A stretch of 64,000 nt of DNA, from positions 62,001-126,000 of the forward strand of contig CDMY01000289.1 in NCBI GenBank assembly GCA_001179505.1. Direction: 5' to 3'. Both the position numbers and the translations under genes were made by a program. Shown here piece by piece: positions 47,872 through 60,680 of the stretch; positions within the stretch are counted from its first letter, which is position 1, and each line of letters starts with the position of its first letter. Origin of the DNA: Vitrella brassicaformis CCMP3155. Taxonomy: Eukaryota; Protista; Chromerida. Below the pieces are notes generated by a model. The model did not search any database, was not told the DNA's origin, and worked only from the letters and a program-made list of their open reading frames with translations.

Positions 47872-50492
47872 TTAGTCGACGAGGACGCTCATGGTCAGCT
47901 CGTGCCGCCCCCCATCCCCATCCCCACCGCCCCCCTCGTCCTCCCACCCCCTGGGCGAGTCGCTGTCCTCCTCACTCATACGCGGCGACACACTGCGGGA
48001 CGGCAGCGGACTCGCTGAGAAGTAGTCGGGGTACACGTGATGAGATGTGCCTGCACCGGACCGCACCAACACACCATGAGGGAGGGGGGGTGGGTGGGTG
48101 TGGGTGTACCGAGGTCGATGGACGACACGCTCGATGTCACATTGGCGATGTCCATCTCGAGCTCCTCCTTGCCGTTGTCCGCCTCCCCGCTGCTGGTGCT
48201 GGCCGCCGTCTTGCCGCTCTCACTCTGGCCGCGACACAGACCGGCCGCCGGGGAGTCGCCCCCGCCCTCGCCCTCGCTGATCGTGGGTGCGGGGGAGGGC
48301 TGCCTGTTGGTGTTGGTGCAGATGGGGCTGTGCTGCAGGGCGATGGCGCGGTCACGGGATGATATCAGTGCCTGTGGTGAGATGGGAGAAGACACAGTGC
48401 TTGTCGTTGTGTTTGGGGGAGGGTGGAGGGTTGGTGTGTGTGCGTATGTACGTGGAGGAAGTTGAGCTTGGGTGTGGGGACTTGGAGGCACTGTGCAATC
48501 TGCACGACGGCCGTCACGATGGGGTCAACTTCGAGACGCTTGCCCGTGTCCAAATCCTGCCACGCAATGCAATGTAACCCATCCCATCCCATCCACACAG
48601 ACTGGATGTGCGTGTTGATGCTGACCGGTGTCTGTGGCGAGGCATACCTGTCTCATGGACGGCTTGTGGTTCGGGTAGCAGTTGGCCAGCAGCTTCATCG
48701 TGTCGCCCACAGGGTCCCTGCCCAAATCAGTGCCTAAACCGCCCACACAAAGACACACACACCACAAACATGCAGCCGCCCCTCTCTCTCTCTCCGCGAA
48801 CGGACCGTTTTTGTTGCACACACAGGCGACCTCGTGCATGATATCCTGGATGATGGTGCGCGTCTCGTTCTCGGCACAGAGGTCGGGAATGGTGCGCTGG
48901 GTGAGCGAGGTGATGGGGTTCATCGTCACGTTGGCCAGCACCTTCTTCCACACCGACACGCGGAGACGAGTCGTCAGCTCCACCGGCAGGCCCACCTTCA
49001 TTGACACAGAAGAAACAGAAATGTCAATGCAATGCATGGGATGTGTGTCAAGGTGGGCCTGCTCATCAAAACTTACAGACTGCATCAGGCTTCCCACGCT
49101 CATCAGCCGCTCGGACACTGACCACCACACACAATACACATCACACACATGGATGCAGGAAGCCAGCCTCCCTCCCTCCCTCCCTCCGTCTCGTCGCTCA
49201 CTGGTGTTGTCAGGCTCCCCCAGCACGATCTTGTAAGTCGTCCCGTGCACACGCACCCTCTCAGGGTCGGGGCAGCCAGCGGTGGTCTGCTGGTGGTCCA
49301 TGTGGGTGTGGGTGTCTGTGTTGGTGTGTTGCGGCTCGTCGATGGCGACGGCCATCTGCAGGACGGCGCCGAGCACGTGCGGCAGCAGCACCGCGCTGAT
49401 CCTGCCGTCGGGGTCACACGCAGGCACCTCATCGATGCGGCCGTCCAGGAAGTCACCGCCTGCAAACACACATACACACACACACACACACACACAGAGG
49501 GAGAGGCAGAGAATGAGTTGATGGTTGTTTGTCCGGTGACAATGCGCCCACAAAGTATATATGACCTTTGCACGGGCCGACAGCGAGTGGCATACGCAGA
49601 CGGCCGTACATGCAGAGTCATACGTACGTACGCACGAGCACAGACACGTGGCAACGATCCGATCGACATTAACGCCCCTCCCCCTTTCCCCACCTCACAG
49701 AACGTGGCCGCACAGACGAGCCACGCACGTACACGCCCTCTCCCTCTCCCAGCCGTCGATGCACCCACCCACCTCTGTGCATGAGCCAGAATGGGATGCC
49801 GTTCTGAGCCGCCACGACGACCGTGTCGGGGCCGATGACCTCCTCCAGGTGGTGCAGACACTCGCGCACGTACTGGGCCTTGACGCATATCAGCAACAGA
49901 TCCTGCGGACCGTCCGCACCTGAACGAACACACCAAACACGGAGGGAGAGAGAGGGTCGTGTCTGAGGGTGGGATGGGTGGTGAATGCGCGTACCGATGT
50001 TGGGGTCGTCGAGTGGCATGATGGTGAGGGGGTGTGTCTTGCTGTTGTCCTCGCACGCCCCGCCCAGCTGCCACACTCGACCGTCACACGCCACCTCGCC
50101 ACCATACTCTGACAGCCACACATATACCACATGACACAACATGGAGGAGGTCCAATGCCCTCCCCTCCCCTTCCCCCTGCATACCCACCCCCCCCCTCAC
50201 CCTTGAGTTGCTGCACCTTCTCCCGCCGCGAGAGGATGGTCATCTTCACATTGGGATGATCGTTCAGGTAGGCCGCAAACACCAGCCCGACACTCCCGCC
50301 CCCCACCACCCCCACACGGATGCAGTCCTTGGCGAGCGGCCCGCGGACACTCGAGCCCGGCACGAACGATGTGTGCATGGATGGCGAGGGGGAGGCTGTT
50401 GTGCTGGAGGGGAGGGAGGGGGACGAGTGGGCAGAGGGGAGGGGGATCTTGACAGCGATGGCGGGGTGCTGGGGGCGGTGGGCACTCGCCAT
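47872..50492 (-). CDS. panE: Ketopantoate reductase (2-dehydropantoate 2-reductase, PanE/ApbA family) with low-complexity extensions
   Basis: VGVVGGGSVG (Rossmann), DLLLICVKA, AAQNGIPFW, VWKKVLANVTMNPITSLT (catalytic Lys) and KPSMRQ|DLDTGKRLEVDPIV (catalytic Glu). Confidence 0.9.
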
Positions 50493-51431
50493 CTCGCTTG
50501 CTCGTGTGGATGGATGAATGAATTAGCAACAGACAGACAGAGGTATGCAGATACTGTACACAGCAGCAGGAGGGTAGAGAAAATGCCACCCGCCCTCTCG
50601 ACCTGGCCTTCTGTATGAGAAGACGATTCGAGATATGTATGTGGGATCACTCACTCACCGCAGCCGGAGAGTCAGACAGGCAGGCAGTCAGGCAGGCAGA
50701 CAGACAGACACAGTCAGTCGCATGCACCAAGGTACGTATGTACGGGTGGTATGGAAGCAGACAAGACAGACAGCGTATAGACAGACAGCGTATAGACAGG
50801 CAGACAGCAAGTGCAGGTGGGTGTGAGGATGTGTGAGTGAGTGAGTCAGTATGTGTGTGTGTGTGTGTGTGGATGTTCAACAGTCGCAGATGATGATGTA
50901 GGTGCCGCGACGGATCAGCTCCCCCAGGACGACAGTCAGATACATTCCGACACTCAGATCTGAGGGACCACAACAGACGCACACAAAACGAATGAACCGG
51001 TCGCACACATGTCAGGGCTCAGATCTGCTCAAAGTTGCGTCCAGCATGGCGGCTCACCTCCGTGTGGTGTCTGTCCTCTTGACAACGACGCTACAGAAAT
51101 ACAACAATAGGATTATGATCATCATCAGCGCATGAGGTGCCTTCGTTCGTTCTGCGTCGTACCTGCGAGGCTGCCACGGCCCACGAGAGGCTCAAAGTCC
51201 TCGGATCTTTCTCTGCCAAGCCTCCCTGAGTGTCCCTGAGTGTGTGTGAGTCTTGCTATCCTCCACAGCCCGGCTCCACTCCCAGGCAAAAGGAGTCAAT
51301 TGGAAGCGTTTCATACCTACCCTTAAGCCCCGCAGACCTGTGCTCCCCGAACCGCTGCTGCTTTGCCCTTGAGTCGGCCTCTCTCCCCCTGCGTACGCAG
51401 CAGACGTGTTTGAGTCGCAAGATCTGTCAAG

Positions 51432-52397
51432 ATGGGTTCAACAGAGGAGATTCGCGGCGTGGTCATGATAGATCTCAACTCTTACACCAAGGGAGGCGAC
51501 AAGGACGGCGCCAAGACCGAGGACTATCAAACACAGGTGGGTGCCCACACGCACAATGCGCACTGACTGTGCAACGCCGTGTGTGATTGTGATTGTGTTT
51601 GTGTGTGTGCCGTGTGTGTGGTCTGACAGATGGAGAAGTTCGGCTGGCGCGGTCCCCACATGGCGGCCGAGGCCTTCATGAAGTTCCGCGACACTTCCAA
51701 GGACATCGGCTCCACCTACTGGCTCAACGCCGGCTGTGGAGACGGTATCGAATCCGCCCACTTCAAACCACTCGGTCAGTCAACCACATAAACAAGACAG
51801 AGGGGCTGCATTCTGCCCCCCCCCCCACACACACACACCACGCGCACGTGTGCGTGTCTGCAGGTGTGAAGAAGGCGGTCGGCCTCGACTACACGGCGGA
51901 CATGCTGGACATGGCGGCCAAGCTCGGCTTCTACGAGAAGACCATCCAGCACGACCTCAACAGCCCCCTCAGCTTCGTTGCTGACAGCACCTTCGACCTC
52001 GTCACGTGCCTGGGGGTGCTCACCTACATCAAGCCAGAGAGCGGCGTCCTCACAGAGTTCTGCCGAGTCACCAAACCTGGCGGGCTCATCATCATGACAC
52101 ACAGGGTGCGCTGCGTGAGTTCCTGCTCTCACAAACCAGGCAGATCCCCACGTGTCGCTTGTGCGTGTGTGTATGTGTGCGTGTCAGATTGACGTGTACG
52201 ATGTTCACAACTGGAAGGCGCCCATCGCCGAGTGCGTGACGTCAGGTTTGGTGGAGGAGCTGTCGGGTCCCGTGGTGGTCAAGACTGCGCCGACGGGCTA
52301 CCTGCCCCTGCACCCCCAGTACAAGGACATCCTCTCGCACTTCATCGTGTGGCGGAGGACCGACAAAGCCATCAAGACCAACGGAGAGGTCAACTGA
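51432..52397 (+). CDS. Class I SAM-dependent methyltransferase, METTL27/WBSCR27-like; 4 exons
   Basis: MGSTEE...DYQTQ|MEKFGWRGPHMAAEAF...WLNAGCGDGIESAHFKPLG|VKKAVGLDYTADMLDMAAKLGFYEK...FDLVTCLGVLTYI...EFCRVTKPGGLIIMTHR|... Confidence 0.85.
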
Positions 52398-54111
52398 CGC
52401 ACACAACACACCGGCGGGCGGGCGTGAGGACGGATTCGTGTGTGTGATGGCTTGCACAGTGATCGATCATGGTGGCTGAGGTGCACTGGCTGCGATGGGT
52501 TCCATGGACTGGCCCGTGTGTGCCCATGTGAGCACAGACAGTTTTGTACCGGTCAGTGTGGCTAGCGCATAGAGAGATATTGCATGTCCTTGTGTGGGTG
52601 TGTTTGTGTGTGCGTGTGGTGGCTGCCTGTATAATGACGATCATCTCGGTCGATGGTTTGGTGGACCGATAGACACATACATACATACATACATTCATAC
52701 ATAGACACGTGCAGACACACGTACACACATGCCGTATCCAGTTTTGCGTAGCCATGACGCCAACTGTCGAACACACGTGGGTAAAACCTTTCTCTCGTGC
52801 GGCGTCCTTCTTGAGCTTCGTTCTATACTCCAGTCTTGCCCATGACTGACTGCGTGGGATGGGGGGCTTCGTCACGATGTGCGTGGCTTTTTTGCCTGCT
52901 ATCTGGCGGCCTCCTCACCCCGTTGTGCTGTGCTGTGGTGTGCTGTGGTGTGCTGTGGTGTGCTGTGGTGTGTATTGGTGGGCGGACGCTTCAAACCAAG
53001 CGTGTGTCGGATGCATAATGTGACATGTGGGTGATCTGTACAATGCCCATTTCATTTGCATGGAGTGCATTGGACGAACTTGAGACACCATGTATGAGTC
53101 AACGCATATTGATGTCAAACCAACTTCAATGGAGACATCAAACAGCTGATGTCAAATGTCTGACGAACAATCAATCACAGACGTCAAATATAAAATGTGG
53201 GCAACGATGTGGGGGTGTCGGCCGAAGAACCCTTCCCCCCTCGCCCTCCTCACTTTCGCCGTCGGCGGATGCAATCGGTCTGCACGCACACGCCGGAGAA
53301 AGGCACACAAATATCCATCACAGACGATGTCCAGGGCCTGTGCTGACGCACACGCACACGCACCCATTAACGACATGTACTGTACCCACATGGGTGGACT
53401 TCCACGCCAGGATGGATGCCCGCACTTTATGTATCGCATCAGCATGGGAGAGAGAAGTGTACACGAGGGTAGTGGGCCACAGGACCGTCACGCACTTCTT
53501 AAAACCTCCTCCCTCCCTCCCCTCCTCCCATCACGCACATGGCATCAGATTCGTCTCACGCAGCATAAGTCTGACTGCATAGGTGTGTGGGTGTGTGGGT
53601 GTGTGGGTGTGTGGGAGAGAACGACATCCATCATGTGTGGACACACCCGCATGTGTGCATGGCCGCATGGCACGCATCAACAAATCGGCAGCAAGTGTTC
53701 CCCTGCCCTCTCCCCCTCTCCCCCGCATCCATCCCGCTAAGCTAGGCTATCGGCAGCACACCTTCTTGGGGACCATGCCAGCTGCATGCAGCGACAACAA
53801 CCGCACGTCCATGAACCGCTCGGCACCAGATGGCAACAGCTCCGGCCATGGATGCAACTATCCCAAGGTGGAATAGGACAACCATCCAAATATGTAATGT
53901 CGCCTTTTCTCCGCGTCTGTCATGTCGGCCACGCTCTCCTCTGCATTGAGAGCGAAAAAGATGATGCAGATGATGGCGAGCATTACACGCGCGAACAGTG
54001 TGGCCCCTCTGGCGCATTCGTTCACAGCCTACACACACGCGGACACACAGACAGAGGGGAAAGGAGAGCGGCACAGGGTCATGATGAGGAATGAACGGCG
54101 GATGCACTCAC

Positions 54112-56560
54112 TTACAGGTACTGGCCACACGTCTCGCACTTCTGCAGGGACCGCACATATACATCACACACCACCGTGCTCATGAGAACGAGGAGAAAGA
54201 GACAGCACATGCACTAGTGGATACCTTGGTGACCTTGGTAGTGATGTCTTCCTGGTCCTCCTGGTCCTGCTGGTCCTGCGGCACCTCCGGCAGCTCTCGG
54301 TCTTCCTCCTCTTCATCGACAGCGGCATTTGAGAGCTGCTCCAGCTCCTCTCCAGCCGCCTCAGGCTGCATACAACCAGACCAAATGAAGGCATCCGCGT
54401 CGTTCATCACTCATGTTGCTGTTTGGTGTATTTTTGCCTCTTCATTGAGTTGCTCGTCTTCTTCGATGGTTGGCACGGCCGGCCGCCACTGTCTCTGAAC
54501 ACCATCAAGGAGCGACGTATGTGTCTGAGTGACATGACACGCTACAATACATACCTCGGTCCGTCGCTTGCTGGGCGACGACGCCAACGCGTCCTGCATA
54601 CACACATGCACACACACATGCGTCCCTTGTTCATGGCCCTGCCTCCCGTCCTTTGCTCCTTCATGGCTTCTTGGATGTGCGCGCTGCAATCGAAGGGATA
54701 CATAGCGGCACAGACAGACAATGCCGTGTTGATGATGCATGTAAGAAGGTTGGCAGCTCTTACTGACTTGCGGGGCCCTTGGCCCGTAGCCTTGGGCATC
54801 AGGCGTTGCCAACCTTCTCAATCAGCGGCATCCTCCACCTGTCTACAATTTGGCAATACCAAAAATGTAGACAACGATTTCGCCCCCCACTGCCTGCAGA
54901 CGGACAAGTATCTCAGTACTGTACATGTCTCTGTCTGGTATGAGGTTGTCCCACAGCACGTTGTTGTAGATGGGTCGGGGGATGAGCAGCGGCAGGGTGT
55001 AGAAGAGCATGTAGGCCGTGGCGCATCCGTTGACGCGATTGTCCAGCTTGTCGACGTCGAATTTGCTCACCACGGCGGTGAGCCAGCATCTGACCACACA
55101 CAAAGGTGCCTCACCTTCTGTGCCAGAACCGCACGTCCACGCAAACGCTTCTTACCATGTGGCAGTGTGCGTGGGGTGCGGGTGCTGATGGGGAGCGGCC
55201 CCAGCGCGCGGACCTGATGTAACGAATGGACAACACACACACACACACACACTCTCTCTCTCCATGGCTTGGCTGTCTATGGACGAGTCCATGTACCTTG
55301 GCGAGATACGTGGCCTGGATCTGGTGCATGTTTTTGGTGTACTTCGCCTGGCTCTCGGCCATCTTGAACGCTATGGCCGACTGCTTGTCTGTGCCGACCC
55401 AGACAGCCTCAGCGTGTACCCATGCACCATCCATGTGAACGCATACATGCATCTTACCTTCAACATGGTGGCAAACGGCGAGTGGCGTGGGTGCCGGCCA
55501 CGCACTCAACACCGGCACAGGGGCAATCTACCGAACGGGAGTGACGTGTGTGCAAGACAACACATGCACTATTGCATACCTTGTTGGTGGGTGTCGTAAT
55601 CTTGGTCTGTTGGTGCTGCTTGGTGTCGACTTGCAGCGATCCCTGCGCGCGCACACACACACACACACATGAAGGAGGACCACGAGAGCTTCAGTGGGTG
55701 TGCGGGTCTTCAGTGGGTGACACACCTGACTAGTGAGGAGAGACGGATCCAACTTCTGGATGTCGATGTCCAATGACCTCGAACGCTGTCAAGACACCAA
55801 AACGAGGTTTATTGGCCAGCAGATGCGTGGGCGTCTTCTCGAGCACTTCATTGACCCACCTGGCTGACGAACAGAGATGATCCCGACCGCTGGTTGTCCA
55901 TATCAAACGACCTAGAGCGCTGCAATGCAACCAACACACACATTCAGTGCAGTGCAGTGCGTGCGGCTTTTGCCTTTCATCTTTCTTTGGTGAACACACC
56001 TGAGGGCCGACAGTGGTGGCTTGTGAGAACTGCAATGCGAAGGCCGCACACAGATACATCCACACACATGCAGACAGAAACATGATCATCCGGAACGTCA
56101 GCGTCTCTGTCTGTCGGCCAGTTTGCTTACGCGGCGCGCCTCGGCCGTGCCGTGAAGTATCTTCTTGGGCTCGCCACCGTCGTCCTCGTACGATGCCTGC
56201 TCCTGCATAGACACACACCACGACACACATGGGAGGGCCTCACGCGTGTGGATGAGAAGAGAGAGAGAGATGCCACACACACTCGTGGGTACCTGGATTG
56301 TCGGCTGCTGCTGCTGCTCCTCGGTCTCGGTCAGACGGATGGTCACGAACTGCTGGTACTGGCGAGCTGCACAGTGCCAAACAGCAGAGACCGCACACAT
56401 TCATGTGTGCCTGTGTGTGTGTGTGTGTGTGTATGCGCGTACCCACGGCCGCCTCTTGGATGGCCGTCGCCATTGCCCTGGCCTTGGTGCAAGCGTCGGC
56501 CGCGTTGCCGTAGATGACCGCCAACGTCTTCTTCGGCATCTCTCGCCACACTGCACACGT
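54112..56560 (-). CDS. Micro-exon-rich hypothetical gene; may be the 3' half of the next model
   Basis: A chain of short GT-AG exons (ARQYQQFVTIRL..., RSRSFDMD..., RSRSLDID..., AESQAKYTKNMHQIQATYLAK, PEAAGEELEQL...) ending KCETCGQYL* (TAA at 54112-54114). Frame continuity was not fully resolved. Confidence 0.45.
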
Positions 56561-56800
56561 GAATCACACGCACAACACGTCACCTCTCACTCGTGTGTGT
56601 GTGTCTGTATGTGTCGGTGTGTAGACATGCGTACGGATGTCTCGCTCCATGAGCGCCCTCCTCCCGGCTGCATCCATCCATCGAAAGCAGGACAAACAGA
56701 CAGACAGGGGCCATCTAATGGTTTGTACGCGACATGTGTGCCCGGATGCCTTACTTGCTGTCCATTCGTCTGCTCACTTCCACTCCTACTGCTGCCGAGC

Positions 56801-59800
56801 TCAACTGTCGGCGTCTCCATTGCACGCCGGCGCGTTCAGGAGGTGCGTGAGGGTCGAAAGAAGATGCCGATGAATATAAAATGTAGGCAACGATCTTGTG
56901 ACCCCGACTCCCTGCAGAGTCAGATGCAGACGGACAACTATCTCGATACGTACCAAGAACATGTTACTCACATTGGAGAAAGCCCCTCTCGCCTCTCTGA
57001 GCCCGTGTGATGAGTTACCAGCCCTCCTGGCTGCGGCGCCCGTCACTTCTGGCCTACTGGTGCTGTGTGGGGTGCTCCTCACCTGTGTGGTGGTCCCTGG
57101 ACGCGTCGTCGAGTGTTTTTTCGACGTCTGGGAGAGAGTGGGATCCGGAGAGGAACGTTGGGAACAATGGTTTGCCCGAATGCACCCGATGGGTGCGAAA
57201 AAACAAAAGAAAGGGGCGAAAAACAACAGAAAGGAGCCAAAAGCCGAAGATGGGTTCGCAGACCTGACCAGGCCAACACACATAACGCACACACAGACGA
57301 CCGTCAGACGTCAGCAGACGCATGAGTGAATTGAATGTGCTGATGGATGGGATGAATACCCGCCTCTTCGTCGAACTTGGCCGGCCGCTCCGCCAGCAAC
57401 GCTGCCGTCACCTGTGAAAGGAACCGACGCACAAACAAAGGAACACCAACCATGTGCGCAGACCACTGCATGTCATTGTGTCGTCATGCGTCCGGCCTCC
57501 AAGCGCTGTCTACGTCTCGCCGCCTTCTCTGCGTGCAGAAGAACACGAGCAGCAGACACAATGCATCACATGTAGAAGGGTCGTTGTGTGTCTACTTGTA
57601 CCCTTGTCGAGTTCCATCTCCCTCTTGAAAGTGTCGACGATGATGCCCTGCAGCACGGCTACATACCCTGTACACGGAGGGCGAGAGCGGGCAAGGCAGC
57701 ATTCACGACACACTGAATGGTGAGCACTGTCCTGACTGACGCCACTGACCCTTCCAGCTGTGGTCCATGACACAGACACATGCATACGCAAATGTCTGTC
57801 TATGCGCCGCAGCAGATTTGGCGGCCTGCACACGCACAGGCAACGACAGAGGTCATTGCGAGATGGGTGTGGCACCTGTATGCGTGCATGTATGAGTGAG
57901 TGCAAGTTACAGGTGGGGATCTTGTAGGTCTCCGGCGGCGACAGCTGACCAAACGGGAGAGAGAGGCAGGTGAGTGTGCGTCACACATTGTGCAGAGGTC
58001 AATGGGGTCTGCTCACTGACCACGGCAGGGTAGGTGATCGTGGTCCTAGACATCTGGCGCAGGAACTGACGGGACAAAAGGAAGCACATGCATACATTCG
58101 TCGTGTGACAAGTGTGCGTGTGCTTACTGGGGCCTTGCACACGTCGGGCATCGTTGTGACCTTGACGAGCCGCGGAGCCAGACACTGAACACAGAACAGC
58201 GAGAGGGCGTGTGTGTATGCACCACTCACCCACCCACCCAATCAATTGTGTTAACTAACGCTTAGTCCGCTCACCACTGGCGGATACACGACGTAGCCAA
58301 CTGTCCTTCTAAACACCCTCTGACACACAACAAGAAGGAAATGCATGCACACATGCATCCTGCGTGTGTGTGTGTGTGTGACCACTGACAGCCCGCTCAC
58401 CACGTGGGCCGTGGGCTCGTGCAGCTGCGTCACCTTCTGGGCCACCTCATGCGTCACCTGGCGGCAGCACAGGACACATGTATCCATGAACAGGAAACAC
58501 GCATCCTCACGGGTATGTACCTGGGTGCTACTTGTGTCGTGGACCACTGCCGACTTGACCAGTGCCGACTGGATGATGGCCTCGACGGCAGCCTTGGCGG
58601 TCTCAATGGCAGAAGCTGCACACAGACAGATCCAAGCACGAACAAAGAGGGCATCGATGCACTCGTATGCACACTGTGGTCATGCCTGCATACCCTTCGC
58701 AGTGATGCTTCAACCGCCGCCGCGACAACGGTCTTGGCCGTCTCGATGGCCGCTGCACGCAGGAAAAGACAACAGATCAACCCATTACATGTTGGATGAA
58801 TGGATGCACTGTATATATGTGTATGCAATGCGCGACTCAGGCATACCAGCACGATAGACCGCCTCCAGTGCCTTCAGGATCGCTAAGTCGACCAGCGCCT
58901 TGGCCTCTGCCAAGAATGCATCAACAGCAGGGAGGGAGGAACCACACGTATGTATGTATCGATGCAGCACCCTTTGCGGCTTCCTGCGTCTCAATGCACA
59001 CGTACGTACCATGCTGGCGCTCTGTCTCCAGCTGGTGTTGGTCCTCAGTGTCGACATGGCGGAACGACACCTGCTGCCGACACATTGACTTACACAGGGA
59101 GCGAGAAGCATGGATGTGTGCATGGGATGTGACGCCACGAGCACCACCGCCACAAGTGCATCGCATACCTTTCCGACGACGTCCTGCTGGTGGTGGTGGT
59201 GGTGGTGGGTGGGGTCGAGTGACGCTGCAGACGACGCACACCAGCACACAGACAGAAATGAGGTTGGTTGCCGCCAAGAGACGAGTGTGGGCCGTCGACG
59301 CACCTGGCTAGAGAAGGAGGTCTGGTGGTGGTTGAACGACTCGGCAGACCCCTGCAACGCAACGCACAGAGAGCAAGTCAGTCAAGGCACGTCAGCCAGC
59401 CGATTGCCTCTCTTTGTCCCTCGTCGATGCTCGCGTACCTGCGGGGCTATCGTGCTGGCCTTGGACCCCTGAACACGCAGGAATACACAGACCAGACACA
59501 CGCATACACAACACAAGGCAACAAGTGCCACGGGTGTGTGTGTTGGCTGCCTGCTCTCTTCTCTTGTTCTTACGCGTCTGCCGTCTGCGGGCTTCCTGTT
59601 GTCCTTGTTGGTGTCCGTCGAAGTGTTGTCCCTCTCAACCGCTGCTGCACACAAGGCCACAGCAGATATGTAGTGAGTCAGACAATCTCAAGTAAGGTGT
59701 GTGTGTGTGCTTCCAAAGGCGTGGATACCCGCGTCACTCTCGCTGGCGTCTGCGATGGCCGCTGCTATGGAAGCTGCACACATTCCGACAGCAGGCAGAG

Positions 59801-60512
59801 ACGACACATCGGGTGAATGTCTGTATGTCTGTAAGTCTATGTGTGTGTTCATCAGATCTTCCTTGCACACCGGTGTGGATGCCTTGCAACCACAGGACGA
59901 AGCCGAGGAACCATCGCACGGGGCCGCCGCTCGTCGCCTTCCTGAACTCGTCGAGCACCGTAGCCGCTGCATACATACAATCCAACAGCAGACAGTGACA
60001 ACCAGACACACGGCCTCATCGATCCACCACCCCCCTTGTATTCATGTGATCATGCACCAAGTGTACGTACCCTCTGTCGCCGTCAGGACGTCCTGCACAA
60101 ATCACACACGCAGAGACACCAGACAACACGCAATGGACAGCCACTGGCAGATCCATCCCTTGAAATGGACCCCTCGCCGCCCTCTCTGCCCAGCCTGCCA
60201 TTCTGCCTTCTCTCTGCCCCTCAACACGCCTCTCACGCCCGTGTGACCACCTGCATTCTTGGCTGCCTGGTGTGCGACTGCGAGATGGATTACGCATGGC
60301 AGCCTTACCATCCCAGCACTGAGCTGCCTCTCCTGACCTACACTCACTGTCTGTGCCGTACCTCATCGTGCGTGGGTGCGCGTGGGAGAGGGACGGGGAA
60401 CCCACGAACAGTCTCTGCTATCGAGCTTGGGCTGCATCTGAAGTCAACAACCAACACAAAAACAGACAAGTGCAGTGCCACGCAAAGGTAACGTCGCTTT
60501 CTCAATCGCCAT
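56801..60512 (-). CDS. Micro-exon-rich hypothetical gene
   Basis: ATG at 60512 (MAIEKAT|PSSIAETVRGF...), followed by roughly 20 exons of 15-90 nt flanked by ..GTGCAG and GT(A/G)..; some phases are unresolved. Confidence 0.4.
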
Positions 60513-60680
60513 CTTCGTGGCGCTTAGTAGGGATGAATGTCTGGTGAGGGCGAGGGCGAAAATCCCGGGCGTGGGCGTCAATTGGTCTGAAAAGCAACGC
60601 GAATCGTGACCAAACGGAAAACCCACCCCCACATCGGAGGCCCCAGTAAACGTAACTTACCGGGAGGAGAAGGGGGAAGG

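Noticed and set aside
3955-52397. Apparent SAM/chromatin cluster: MAT, SET protein, HDAC and METTL27-like methyltransferase
   Set aside because: The genes are spread over 48 kb among unrelated genes with no shared arrangement, and methyltransferases are common enough for chance co-occurrence.
53156-53740. 194-aa plus-strand ORF
   Set aside because: No domain or splice support, and the 3' half is repeat-derived.
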